A stretch of DNA of 64,000 bases from assembly GCA_951406725.2 (NCBI GenBank), contig OX597823.1, forward strand, positions 49,662,001 to 49,726,000, given 5' to 3'. The position numbers were made by a program, and so were the translations under genes. Shown piece after piece: positions 50,797 through 62,700 of the stretch. Position 1 is the first letter of the stretch; each line of letters begins with the position of its first letter. The notes beneath the pieces are model-generated. The model saw only the letters and a program-made list of their open reading frames with translations, was not told the DNA's origin and ran no database searches. Origin of the DNA: Octopus vulgaris (lineage: Eukaryota).

Positions 50797-52309
50797 TTAA
50801 ATATGGAGCTCTGGATCCAAGTGCCAAACAAGGTGAGCCATGAATTCTAATCGGTTTCCAAGCTTTTTTAGACATTTTCTGCAAGTGAAAGGATCTGTTT
50901 CATCAGCTGAGTGTAAGCTACTATGGAGCATGTATATTCCAAAATCCTCAAACCACATTCCACAATGGTCACATTTACTGAGCCTTTTACCATTTACAGA
51001 TGCTGGGCTAGAAATATTTCTCTGTCGAATTTGTGTTTGTTGGGAAAGATCTTCTGGATATTTCATGAATGGTGGACATTGGGACATAGCTACAGAGTTT
51101 CTTGCAAGTAAACTCACTGGATATTGAGAATCTTGTTCTTTTGCACAGCCAGGTTCTCGTTTAATCACAGCCCTAAGTGCACTCAATGTTTCATGAGAAA
51201 CCTCTGGTGATGGTAATCTTTGTTGAGAAATTTCTGGCGATGACAGTGTTTGTCGAGAAATTTCAGGTGAAGACAGAGAATTTCGCAACATTTCTGGACA
51301 AGATGACGGCTCTGTTGGTACGACAGCACCACCAAACTGGTTGTTTACAGATTCAGACTTTCGTAACGATATTCCCTGATTTGCCTCTGTACTACTTGGA
51401 AGAATAACCATTTTCTCTGACTCAGCAGAAAACCTTCTAAATTGATTGTCTACTAAAGATTTGGCCAAGGTGTAGCTGGTAGAAATAGACATCTGATAGT
51501 TACTTCTTTCAGATGATAAAAACTGTTGTTCTTCAGATTCCATACTAGGATACTGTACTTCCTGCTTAATGAACTCTATCTCGTTTTTGTTTGAAGCCTC
51601 ATCGCCATCGTGATCTTCGTTTTCTGATGCTGACATTCGGATAATCTTACTATTGCTGGTAGATACCTGAGCTACACAGAATCTAGCACAGCCTACCCAT
51701 TTCCCTTCAGATGGTATTTTCGGGTTGATATCATCAGGTGGTCCGCTCGTTAATGCAGACATATCTACAGGAGCTCCACGGCTACGTCGTCGTCCATTCG
51801 GCCGTAAGTTACTTTTTATTTTATGCAGTTTTCTATGAAGATCCAGCTCTTCAGCTTCCTGGAAACCCTCACCACAACGTCGACAAACATGAATTAGAAG
51901 AATGCTGTGTCGACGAAGGTGACTACCAAGAAGAGAAGAACGGGCAAAGCGCACTCCACAGATACGGCACATATTCTTCTGTCTGTGTGGCTGGTGTACC
52001 TTCATGTGCTGTTTGACATGGTCAGAACGTGTGAAACGCCGCCCACACAAATTGCACATGTAGGGTCTCTCACCACTGTGTACACGAACGTGACGTTGAA
52101 GTTTCGAAGGAGTTGTGTAAGACCTTCCACACACAGTGCAACTATGCAGTGTTTTGCCGTGAGTATGTGACAGTACATGCAGTTGCATATCCCGCAACGA
52201 AGCAAATTGCATGGCACAATATTTACATGTGAACTTGGTCACCAGCTGCACTGTATATTTCTTGTCTTCAGAGATGGCAGACGTTTCCCCCAGTTCCATT
52301 CTGCTGAAG
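50797..52309 (-). CDS. C2H2 zinc-finger transcription factor, main coding exon (5 N-terminal fingers plus a C-terminal Ikaros/Hunchback-like finger pair)
   Basis: Uninterrupted ~500-aa ORF with seven C-x2-C-x12-H-x3-H fingers and a SGERPY linker. Polypyrimidine/TAG acceptor at 52311-52310, first in-exon ATG at 52299, stop at 50799-50797. Confidence 0.95.
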
Positions 52310-53417
52310 CTACAAATATAGAAACAAAACAAAACAAACTATTAAAATGCCTTCTAATACGGCGTCAAGAAACAAATCTTCACCAATTTACTCAATTCAA
52401 TTAACAGCTAATGATTATTTTAAAATATATATATATTTATTTCAGTTATATAAAATATAGTAACAATAAAAGTAGCGACTTGGACATTCTTTAAAATTAC
52501 AGTAATTAAGATTACTAAATGAATGCAAAAGACAAGATAGATCTCAATGTTTCCCTTCTCTTTGTAAATCAGGTAACATAATAATACATTAGGAAGTTTC
52601 TAGATGTGTTAACTAGTCCAAACATTATTCAGGTGAAGGTATTTATTAACCAGTAATAATGAAAAGTATCCCGTCGGAGACGGACAGTATTTATATATAT
52701 ATATTGTATGAAAAATGGTTTGAGAAAACTAAAATAATTAAGACGCTTAAAAAGAATTGTTCTTTCATTCTATTGACACATGAAAATAAAGCGTGAAAAA
52801 GGTGTAATTTTTAAAGTCATTATCATCATGATTATTGTTGAAAGGTAGAAAGGCAAAGATTCACCCATACACACAATACATATCAGTCAACGAGAAATAA
52901 AGGCAACAAACAGACATTAAATCAGTTGTAGGCTCCAATTTCAGATCAAAAGGGGAGTCATTATACTTATTAATATCAGAACATTTGCTAAGGAACAAAC
53001 ACGCAGTCAGTCTTACACGGCAATAAGAAGTGAACCCAAACTTTTGTGCATTCTGAAACATATTTTACCTATAAGCAAAGGATGAAGGGTTCGATCCTTA
53101 CAAAGGGTTGTGTGCGTGTGTGTTTCTAAGTTAAAATATATTTCAGTGGTTGGAAATATTACCTGTAAACCTAAAAGTTATTAGATTTTTCCGTCGTCAC
53201 AGCCAGTCCTCAAAATGTTTTCATATATACAAAAACGAGTATATTCAAAGAGTTGCAAGAATTGTCAGTGATATTTTAGGAGAGAAGAAGAAGGAAAAAA
53301 CAAAACAAAACAAAACAAGACAAGAAAACAATCTGCTACATTCTTTAGCTGTGACAAAATCAAAACTAGAATTTGAAAGGTATCGCTGAACACTTTACAC
53401 TTCTGAATTATATTTTA

Positions 53418-53479
<62 letters not shown>

Positions 53480-54189
53480 TATATATACACACACATATGC
53501 ATGTGCACCTGGTTTATGTATGCACGTGTAAAAAATTAAAGGAACACGCGCGCGTGGGGATCACACAAACACATACACACTAATGCGTGCGCGCGTTCTT
53601 CCTCAGAAGTGAGAACTGATACTTGAAAATTGTCTCTAAGACAACGGACAAAACAAGAGAAAATAGTGTTTTATTGTGAACATTAAATCCTTTTCATTGA
53701 AATCATAATATATTTCAATAATACTTCAAATTGAATAATAATATTTACTTAGAAAGCTTATTAGACTAGACGATAAATGTATAAAAAATGCTATGAACTT
53801 ATCAACACAACTTCCTTTCTAAATACTTCCTAATATAATTATGATTTTATATTAAAGCTTTTTTAAAATAAAAATGTTATACAAAAACATACGCGCATAT
53901 TAGAGTACATACTCCCCCGTACATATATATATATATATATATATATGCACAACAAATATATAAACGTATACACACACACACACATATATATATATAAATA
54001 TAATATATATATATACACACACACATATATATATACACACACACACATATATATATATATAGTTTATACACATTAAATACATTATACACACAAATTGCGC
54101 GCGCGCACACACATACGCACACTCATGCATGCATGCATGCATGTATGTATGTATGTATGTATGTGTGTGTGTGTATGTATGTATGTATG

Positions 54190-54225
<36 letters not shown>

Positions 54226-54529
54226 CTATGTATTCGTTTTATACATAAGCACATACATATATATTTATATATACAAATTCTGCAAAACAAAAACTAGCTC
54301 ATAAAGGGTTAAATAAAAAAAAATAATAAATTACCGGAGTTTGAAAAAACTTATAAGTAAAGGAAAATAAGTCAATTCTTTAAAGTTATTTCAGGTAATT
54401 GAGTTGATTGGAGTTCTCAAAAGATACTTCTGGAGAAAACTATAAAAATACAACTGCATTTAAAATGGGGGGAAAAACCCGAGAGGGGCGTTCCCGTTTC
54501 TCTCAATGAAGAAAATATTTATAAATTTG

Positions 54530-54760
54530 GGTTGCTGTTTAACCTCAGGTCAGCCACGATCGAGAAAGTATGCAGATAGATTGATAGTTTGGCCCCAGGC
54601 CAGCCACGATCGAACAAATCTGTGATCAAAAGCACTCCAGTGTGACCCATCCTATCTTTTTTTAGACATTATGTAAACCGGATTATTTTTTCCAATGTGT
54701 GTCTGTTTAAACACAACAAAGAAGATTTGACTGCTATCTCAAGGATGTTAAGTAGTTGAG
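54530..54760 (+). repeat. Unclassified ~200-bp dispersed repeat (family F)
   Basis: GTTGTTTA...CAGGTCAGCC.TGATCGA...GATCAAAG...GATTTGGCTGCTATTTCTAG-like motif; other copies near 9168, 55850, 56175 and 61288. Confidence 0.6.
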
Positions 54761-54881
54761 AAACTAGATGCAACTCTCAGATCCAGTTTTCCAGATATAC
54801 GAAACTTTCACCTAATAGGGGACTGTATTCACAGGCATACAATGATTTAGAGTATGGTGTGAAGTATGACTGTTTAGACCC

Positions 54882-55103
54882 ATTTCTTTACTACCCACAA
54901 GGGGCTAAACACAGAGAGGACAAACAAACGGATTAAGTCGATTACATCGACCTCAGTGCGTAACTGGTACTTATTTGATCGACCCGAAAGGATGAAAGGC
55001 AAAGTCGACCTCGGCGGAATTTGAACTCGGAACGTAGCGACAGACGAAATACGGCTACGCATTTCGCCCGGTGTGCTAACGTTTCTGCCAGCTCGCCGCC
55101 TTT
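54882..55103 (-). mobile_element. SINE family B, very young copy with 15-bp TSD
   Basis: TGACTGTTTAGACCC at 54867-54881 and 55104-55118; CpG-rich body. Confidence 0.92.
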
Positions 55104-55116
55104 TGACTGTTTAGAC

Positions 55117-55265
55117 CCGTCATGGGCAACCTACAGCCCGCGGAACTTAATGAATGGCACGCCTAACGAAAAGCTACCTTGAATTCCTTTAATAATGCGG
55201 CTCGCTTATAAGGATGAGCCACGTCTCTTGTGGCCTGCTTCTCGTAAAAGGTCGCCAATGAATGC
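55117..55265. mobile_element. hAT (Charlie-like) MITE remnant
   Basis: CATGGGCAACCT... / ...AGGTCGCCAATG imperfect inverted ends, with GTTTAGAC on both sides. Confidence 0.45.
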
Positions 55266-58200
55266 CTAGTTTAGACATCATATTTTCTCCAGTTTGTTCC
55301 TGTACGTCCCTAGGTTCGGATGGTGGTTGCAGTGGTTATGAGCAAAGTGGACTAAGTCAGAGTTCGAACTCATAACCATTGTGTTCATCAACTCTAGGAT
55401 CTGATCAACGACCATTAACAAACTAAGTAAAGTTAGGGCACCAAGGGAAAGGACTACCATAGCGTGTTTGTCACTTTTCCCATACCATACAAATGGTAAA
55501 TTATAACGGCTTAAAAGACAAATAAACAAAAAAATTGTTGAAAATAAGCATTTTTTTCTTGTTACCCTAACATTTTAATATTCTTCAGCTATAATTTAGC
55601 ACGGTTCTGGCTCACAAGAAAATTTAATTTTTAATTTATTAGTTCTCATTTAACACTTATGTTTTGATGTCTTGTCAGTCAATGGAATGGCTAAGGTAGC
55701 CCATTAATGGGGGTGTGCTTTGTGTGACCCTGATTTGCACCAATCTCATGCGATGTGCACACATCCCAGTATAGTGGCAGGGCTAATGCGGATAACGATG
55801 CCGCTATTTATGGTGTGTATGGGAATGGTAGTGTTCTTAGGATAATGTAGTTGTTATTATTTAGTTCCAGGCTAACCCAGAATGAGCAGACATATATAAT
55901 CAAAGACACTCTAGCCATAACCACTTAGTTTTTTTTTTTTTTCCTCGGGTTGTATATGTTCAGAACAGCTTTATACGTCTTGACCGCCTGTTCTAGAAGA
56001 TAGGATTAAATGTGAGAAAACATTTGGTTGCTATTTCAAGTATATAATAGTGTTGGGGATGGCTATATGTAAAAAGAGACTATGTATTGGAGCTTGTAGT
56101 AACTGTACATTGGGCTCCTCGCATATTCAAATGATCTTTTATTTTGAGTATTTAGGTGTCACCATTGCCGTGACTTAACTCCAAGTCAAACCTGATCGAA
56201 CAGACCGAAGATCAAAAGCGTTCTAATCATGACAATATTGTCCTTCTTACAGGCATGTAGGGTTACATGAGCTAACGTCTTTTCTCAGAGTGAGACTAGG
56301 ATGTAATTTGAAGTTAATTGGCTGCTGTTTCTAACAGGTTGAGGGACCAAGTAAACGTTGTGTATTAGACAAGAGTCCAAGTGATCAATAAGTAATAGTC
56401 TATGATAATTCTTAATGCCCCGTTTTTGTTGAGTTTTGAAGTTTGTTGTGATTTGCTATGGAAAAACTGAAGGTCCAAGCAAGGCTTATAATAACGCGAG
56501 ATGAATCTAAATGTTGTCAAATACATAATAAATTAACATTATTGTTTCTTTTATTAATTTAGATTTGTGAGCAGGGTGACAGGTGTCACGAATCAAGGAA
56601 ATATGAACAGGAAAGGGTCATAAGATCAGATATAACAATATCGGAAAAGAAAGCAGATATTGAAGTAGCAACTGAATAACCACCCGCAAAACAACCGTTC
56701 GCAGTGAATTCAGAACGCATTTTCTATCAGCACAATCTTTCACACTATTCATTAATCATTAATTTACTAATGAGGCTAATGTAATAAACATGTTTAGATA
56801 GGTTTTAAAATGTATCTAAACGGCACGTTATTTTCTTCGTCTGACACACACGCATATTTTTTTTAAATGCTTTCCTAGCATGCACCACATCAATATTTAA
56901 CTGTGCAATATTATAAAGTTAACTTTTCTACAAGGCATGTTCACAATTATACGAAGCTACATATGCAGACAGCTGGAATCTCTCTAATCTAGTGAACAAG
57001 TACACACACGCTCATGCGTATATATATATGCATGTGTGTGTGTGCATGCGTATTATATACACAGGTGTGTGTTTGTGTGTATGCGTGTGCTCGAAAATAT
57101 GTGCATGTTTTTTTTTATGTGCATGCGTAACACGTGAATAAATATATTTGAGTGCGTAAGTACACACACACACACACACAAAATGCACAAACGCACATTC
57201 TTGTATAGTCACACATAACATACGTAGATGAACTGAAAAGAATATGTCTTTGGTCAACATATCACATCACTGCAAGTGGTTGTACAGACGTGTAAAAAAA
57301 ATCTCAGTCAGCAGCACTGACTATTATTACAAGATTACATATGAAGAAAGACATGCTGATAACAAACACAGACCAACAGTTACTACACCCTATTATTCCG
57401 TCAATGCAAGCTACTTTCTCTGTTTTCCATTTAAAATACCAAGTTGAAGCCAACTATGTGTATCTCATCAGAACCAGACTTCACTAAATTCTACAACTTA
57501 TTATTATGATTATTATTATTATTAAAGATCATTGAATGCCGACAGACATAACTATTTATCAATTATATTTAAATCCTTAAAAAGATAAGCGCCGAAGCAA
57601 GTTAACCAAATGCAGTAGTGCATGTTGGCTCCACATTTCCCTTAGGCTATTTCAGACAGATCTCTAGTAAAATAAATAATCCCACTTGTTAATAACCAGA
57701 TAGGTGGTAGTAGCTGATGCGAATTTTCCACTAAATACCAATGCACTGCTTTTCACTGACTACTAACTTACTGTAAGCTATTGCATAAGAAACTCGATGT
57801 TAAAAGTCTAAACACGAGAAAAGCAAGCAGCTGTTATGAAACTCAATTGCTAAAAATATCGTGTGAATTATTACGGTTTAAAAACAATAGATAAATTTTA
57901 AGTGTAAGCATTTAGAAAAATAAAATAATAGATTAAGACATAAAACCAACTTAAAAAAAGCAAAAATTGCTGATGTAGACGGGGAGAGGGTTAGTAAAGT
58001 TGAATTGCAGGTCTTACAGTAGTGGTAACTTGTATATTAATGAAATGAGAGTTCCCATGCAACCGATTACTAACTAAAGTTTAATCAGTTAACTGGTGCA
58101 TACAGATGTCTGCAATCAACACAGCAAAACAAACTTTATATTAAATAACAATATTTTCTACTGCTTCCATACACTAAATGGATATGATATAAGGGGGATA

Positions 58201-58907
58201 CGTTAACAGATCCAACAGCAATGGACTGATTTTATATATATATATATATACTGTTTCAAGCATTCCCTTTAAGTTAGATACATCTGGCTTTTAGCTAAGT
58301 CCAAAGACAAATCGGAACTAAATTTATCCTAAATTCCTCGAATTACAGAAATAGCTAGACAGTAAGGAGTTGATCAGCTGAAAGGAAAGGGTGGGGGGAG
58401 TCTTATTTCCACTATCGAATAAACTGTCTAAGAAGTAACTTATACAAATTACAACAATCTAATAGGAATGTTAACTCTTAATCATAACTCATTTACCATA
58501 AATAATAGAGAGAAAAAGAAAATGAATGAGATAATTAGTCAACTATATTTTTCTTAACGTTTAAATTCTTGCAACTCGTAAAAGGAACTCAATCTATTAT
58601 CGATTAACTCTAAAGATTAATAACAAACTGAGAGAGACGTTTTAAATTTTAAGAAACACGATCCAGAACTATTTCCAAAACTGTTTGAGAAAAAAGTTTG
58701 TTGAAAAGGTCCGGCATATGCCATACTGCAACTGCTTTTTATAGAAACACGTAGTAAAATAGAGATCTGTGAGAGAACTGGGATAAGAACTAATATAATA
58801 GTGACTTTATTAATCTAAATAAACTTCGAAGCACTTGAAAACGTAATTAATCTAAAAGATAGAATTTTTCCGTACATCGACCTCACCGCTCCGCCAAAAA
58901 TTATCAC

Positions 58908-58922
58908 AGGTCAAAGTGACCT
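58908..58922. promoter_or_regulatory. Perfect IR3 nuclear-receptor palindrome (ERE consensus) AGGTCA-AAG-TGACCT
   Basis: Exact match seen in unique, putatively intronic sequence; an ETS-like CAGGAAGT lies ~30 bp downstream. Function is not shown. Confidence 0.55.
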
Positions 58923-59239
58923 AGAATGGCTTTCATAATAGATTACAAAAGCAGGAAGTTGTATATAAATATATTCTCAATTTATCTTTTTAAAAACAGG
59001 TTCTCTTCAGAAAAAAAAAAAAAAAGATTTGAAAAAAGCAAAATAGAAGTAGACAAGAAAGGCGAAGTGGGTGAATTTTTATGAAGAAACCAGAAGCAGA
59101 TAAATCCGACAGATCACAGACAGCCGCCAACAATTGGATTCGCTAGGGTGTCTGGCAACACATGCAACATCAGAGAAGTTGTTAGGAAGACAACGAATAA
59201 TATAGGTCACACTCATCCATCTTCACCACTGACTCCAAT

Positions 59240-59291
<52 letters not shown>

Positions 59292-60454
59292 AAGAGAGAG
59301 CAAATGAGAAAGAGAGAGGAAGGATAACAAGTGTCTGACTGAAGAGAATGAGAGAGGAGTAACAAGTGTTTGTGATATAGAAATTCTTGTGAAATTGGTA
59401 CTCTTTTACGAAAAGGGGTCCTGCGACGTGATTAGCAATAGATATATCGGTTTGAACCTTAGAAATCAAGGCAATGCGAATTTTAAATGTTACCATCTGT
59501 TAAGTGTTCTGCGTGGCGAAGAATATAAACAAACCTTAAAACGACCAATAAGGGAAAGGCTCAAATTAGAACTATGCACAATATGAAACAACAGCGAAGC
59601 AGAAGTAAACACATCCAAGAATAAGACAAATATTTAGAGAAATTGTATCCCAATTATTCAGGTTAGCTGTTTGAAAGCTATGTTAATAGGAATTCCGACA
59701 AATATAAAATAATGTCAAAATCATAAAAAGAGAATCCAAAAGCTACAGAGGGTAATTATTCGAACATCCTAGATTTGTTTATAATCTAGGATGAAAACCA
59801 GGTTGTGTTGTCAGGGATAAACAAAATAATCTGATTAGTGGTGGTGGCCAGGCAAAAGTTAACACTTTTGCACTTTCTGTTGATAGTGCTCTCTGTTCAA
59901 CCACCACCCAACTAAACGAAAAAAAAATTGACATGCTTCATGCGACCCGCTAATATAGCATACTATCAGACATGTCATAAAACCTGGTTTTCCGTTTTAT
60001 TCGATTTTCCTCTATCTCCAAACTAGGTTGGTAAGTCTGTTCATAGAATATTTAGCAGAAGAACTTAGTCTAATGTCCTTTTCTTTGCACTAAATAGTAT
60101 TCAAGGTGAGAAAAATTAGGCGACATGAGGTCAACAGAGTACTTAAGAGAACCTGGCACACACACACACCGCCACACACACGCATGTTTAACGTGTGTGT
60201 GTAGGACATTTCTTTCAAAGACTGAATTATCACACAAAGCATTTTTTTTTACGACAAACTGCTAATAACAAAAATAAAAAAACAATAAAGCAGAAAATAA
60301 TCATTCTTTTCTTTGTATTACTGTTTTATTGAAAAGCAACATGGCTTTTCAGACATACCATGTATTCTTTCTCTGCAGGGCATTGACATTACATACGAGA
60401 TCTGGGCCGACAGCCTTAATTAAACATATAACGAAATAAAAAGTAAATAATTAC

Positions 60455-60653
60455 CGGTAAAGGCTCATTTTCACCCCTTGTTTAGGGCTAAACTGACGAG
60501 AGGCGACGATTTGTAAGGTTCACATTAGGGATCATTCCAACAGGTAGGGTTGAACACAACTCCGGGTGGGTGGAGCACACCAAAGGAGGGGGCCTTAAGG
60601 TCCGTAATGGCAGTCACAGGGGGCGGAGACACTGTTTACAGTACCATCACACA
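60455..60653 (-). other. Candidate upstream exon of the zinc-finger gene (5' UTR plus ATG AGC CTT TAC CG)
   Basis: Minus-strand acceptor TTGGTTTTTCAG| before 60653 and donor CCG|GTAATT after 60455. The ATG at 60468 (AAAATGA) joins the 52309 exon in frame, giving MSLYRFSRMELG... Confidence 0.6.
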
Positions 60654-61879
60654 CTGAAAAACCAATAATTATCCAGACGTATACTACAGAGCAGATCACC
60701 GAGCATTTAAATAATTTATGGATTTTTAAGAATTCGGAGACATCAAAATTTGAAAGGCAGACGTGAATGGCAAAATTCAGCCAAATTTCGAATTGAAAAC
60801 ATTGCGTTGATTCATTTGTAATTTTCTTTAATCCAGTTGAAATGTTTTAGTTATCTTAAGAATAACGAGCATATATATACATATATATATATATTCTTGG
60901 CAGGTTTGGTCGATTCTTTTGTCTTTCTTCAAAGATCAATTTACAAGAAGGTTGTTGAACGAGAGATGTTTCTGTTGAATATACAAAATAAAATTTTAGT
61001 CGGATAATAGGAGATCCTAGAAATCATCGTGATATACTTTTCTTAAGGCAAAATAAGGCTGAATATCTTTTTCAAAAATATATATATAAGGGTATTCTTA
61101 ATCGAACAGGTTATTTCAAGAGCTAGCAATCAGTTCTTATTCATTGCTAGAAAATAAATACCTGTATCCGAAAAAATGCGTGCGTGTTCTGAAAGATTTG
61201 TAAACAAACAGTGTTCCAGACAGAGGGGTGGTGGAGTTACAGACGGTAGACGTGAAAGGGGAAACCGCTTTGAAATTGGAGTAGATTTGTTGTTTAGCCC
61301 AGTCAGCCGTGAATGAGTTGACCTATGATCAACGGCGTTCTGACCATGACCACCCCGTATTATTTTCAGACATTGTATATCTAGGACTGCGTTGTCCAAT
61401 GTGTTATTCTTTGTTTAATACGGTAGGGTATGCTTAGAGGGGAATTTGGGTGCTATTTCTAGCACGTCGACCGACCAAGGTGGAAATAGTTAATAAGACT
61501 AAAAACGACCCGAGCCATTTTAGAAGGACAGAGTAAATGTGTATGTAACTAAAGCATTTTTAGATTTGCTCGACATCAACATGTGGGTTTGTGTACATCT
61601 GCTCGTACGTCTGAATAAGCGGGAGACCCCAAAGGAGAACCCCTCGTATCGATTAAAAAAAAAAACAAGGTCAGTCAGTTGCGTGTGTGTGTGTGTGTGT
61701 TCGTATGCATATATGTGTGTGTGAGAGTGTGTATAGTAGACACTGAAAGAAATGAGATAAAGAAAACACAGCGTGTGAGTGTGAGAGAGAATTCCTAACA
61801 GAAGTTCCAACGATAATCCCAGTCGATGTTGCCGTGTAATAAAGCATTGGTGAGAACCTGAATCCGTGGTGCAGATATC

Positions 61880-61970
61880 CTTAAGGGGGGCAGCCAGCTC
61901 CGCCCGTCGGGCTCAGACACTGTGACGTCATAACGCCGTCAGCGCCATCTTGGTTAACAGCAATTGGACT
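61880..61970. promoter_or_regulatory. CpG-rich promoter-like element
   Basis: GC box CCGCCC at 61900-61905, full CRE TGACGTCA at 61923-61930, YY1-type CGCCATCTT at 61943-61951 and reverse CCAAT at about 61963. Confidence 0.65.
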
Positions 61971-62610
61971 GTGGCAGTTGAATTGCTGGTGTGCAGCAAG
62001 TGCTCGCTCTTTCTCACTCTCTCTCTCACTCACTCACTCAACTGCCGCCAGTACAACTTCACTATACTACTAATACGCTACTAGCAAAAATAACTGCTAC
62101 ATTAGTAGCAGTAGTAAAGAATAGCCACTGTATTCTTTCGTGCAAGAGAACCTGAGCACTTTTTTTTTTTAAATTATTTCCTCAAAAAAAAAAAAACCGT
62201 CTTCAACAACAGAGTGGTTACACACGTCCGATCAATTTGTATATAAAAAAAAAGTGTAATCGCATCGCTGTGTGGAGAGATAAGGATCTAACAAGGAAAC
62301 ACTTGTTTTAAGAAAGACATGTATTCTCGGCTACTAAGTAAAAATTAATTGATTACATACCAGACTTGTTGACATGAGTTTTGTTCTTTTTTTTTTCTTT
62401 AAACCTAAGCTAATTAATTAGTAGTGCTTGGCTGGTTGCTTTAGTATTCTATAACAATAACTATAGATTGTTATAACTACCTTAATGCTGGTTTGTTGTT
62501 CTTTGTATATATAACTATTACACGGGCTTTTCAGTGAGACAAAATAATATCACACACAGCCGGTCGTTTTCATACAAACATTTAAAAACAAAAATAGTAA
62601 TTTTACTTAC

Positions 62611-62700
62611 CTGTCCATTGTCAATATTCGCCAATGCAGAGGATTAAGGAAAATAGTCCTGAGATGGAATGATTTACGAAAAAAAAAAATACCCCCGACC
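62611..62700 (-). other. Candidate alternative first exon ending ATG GAC AG (5' boundary unknown)
   Basis: Consensus donor CAG|GTAAGT after 62611. The ATG at 62618 is in ACAATGG context and is phase-compatible with the 52309 exon. Confidence 0.5.

Noticed and set aside
52310-52332. N-terminal MFCFYICS of the 511-aa ORF in the supplied track
   Set aside because: It starts at a non-ATG codon and coincides with the polypyrimidine tract and acceptor, so it is interpreted as intron.
50840-52404. Several plus-strand and alternative-frame ORFs overlapping the zinc-finger exon
   Set aside because: Shadow ORFs of the real CDS with no independent motifs.
53085-53097. Isolated GGTTCGATCC B-box
   Set aside because: No A box or tRNA fold nearby.
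54335-54453. Possible minus-strand cassette exon (CAG acceptor, CCG|GTAAT donor)
   Set aside because: AT-rich, contains stop codons and has no other support; such splice-like motifs occur by chance.
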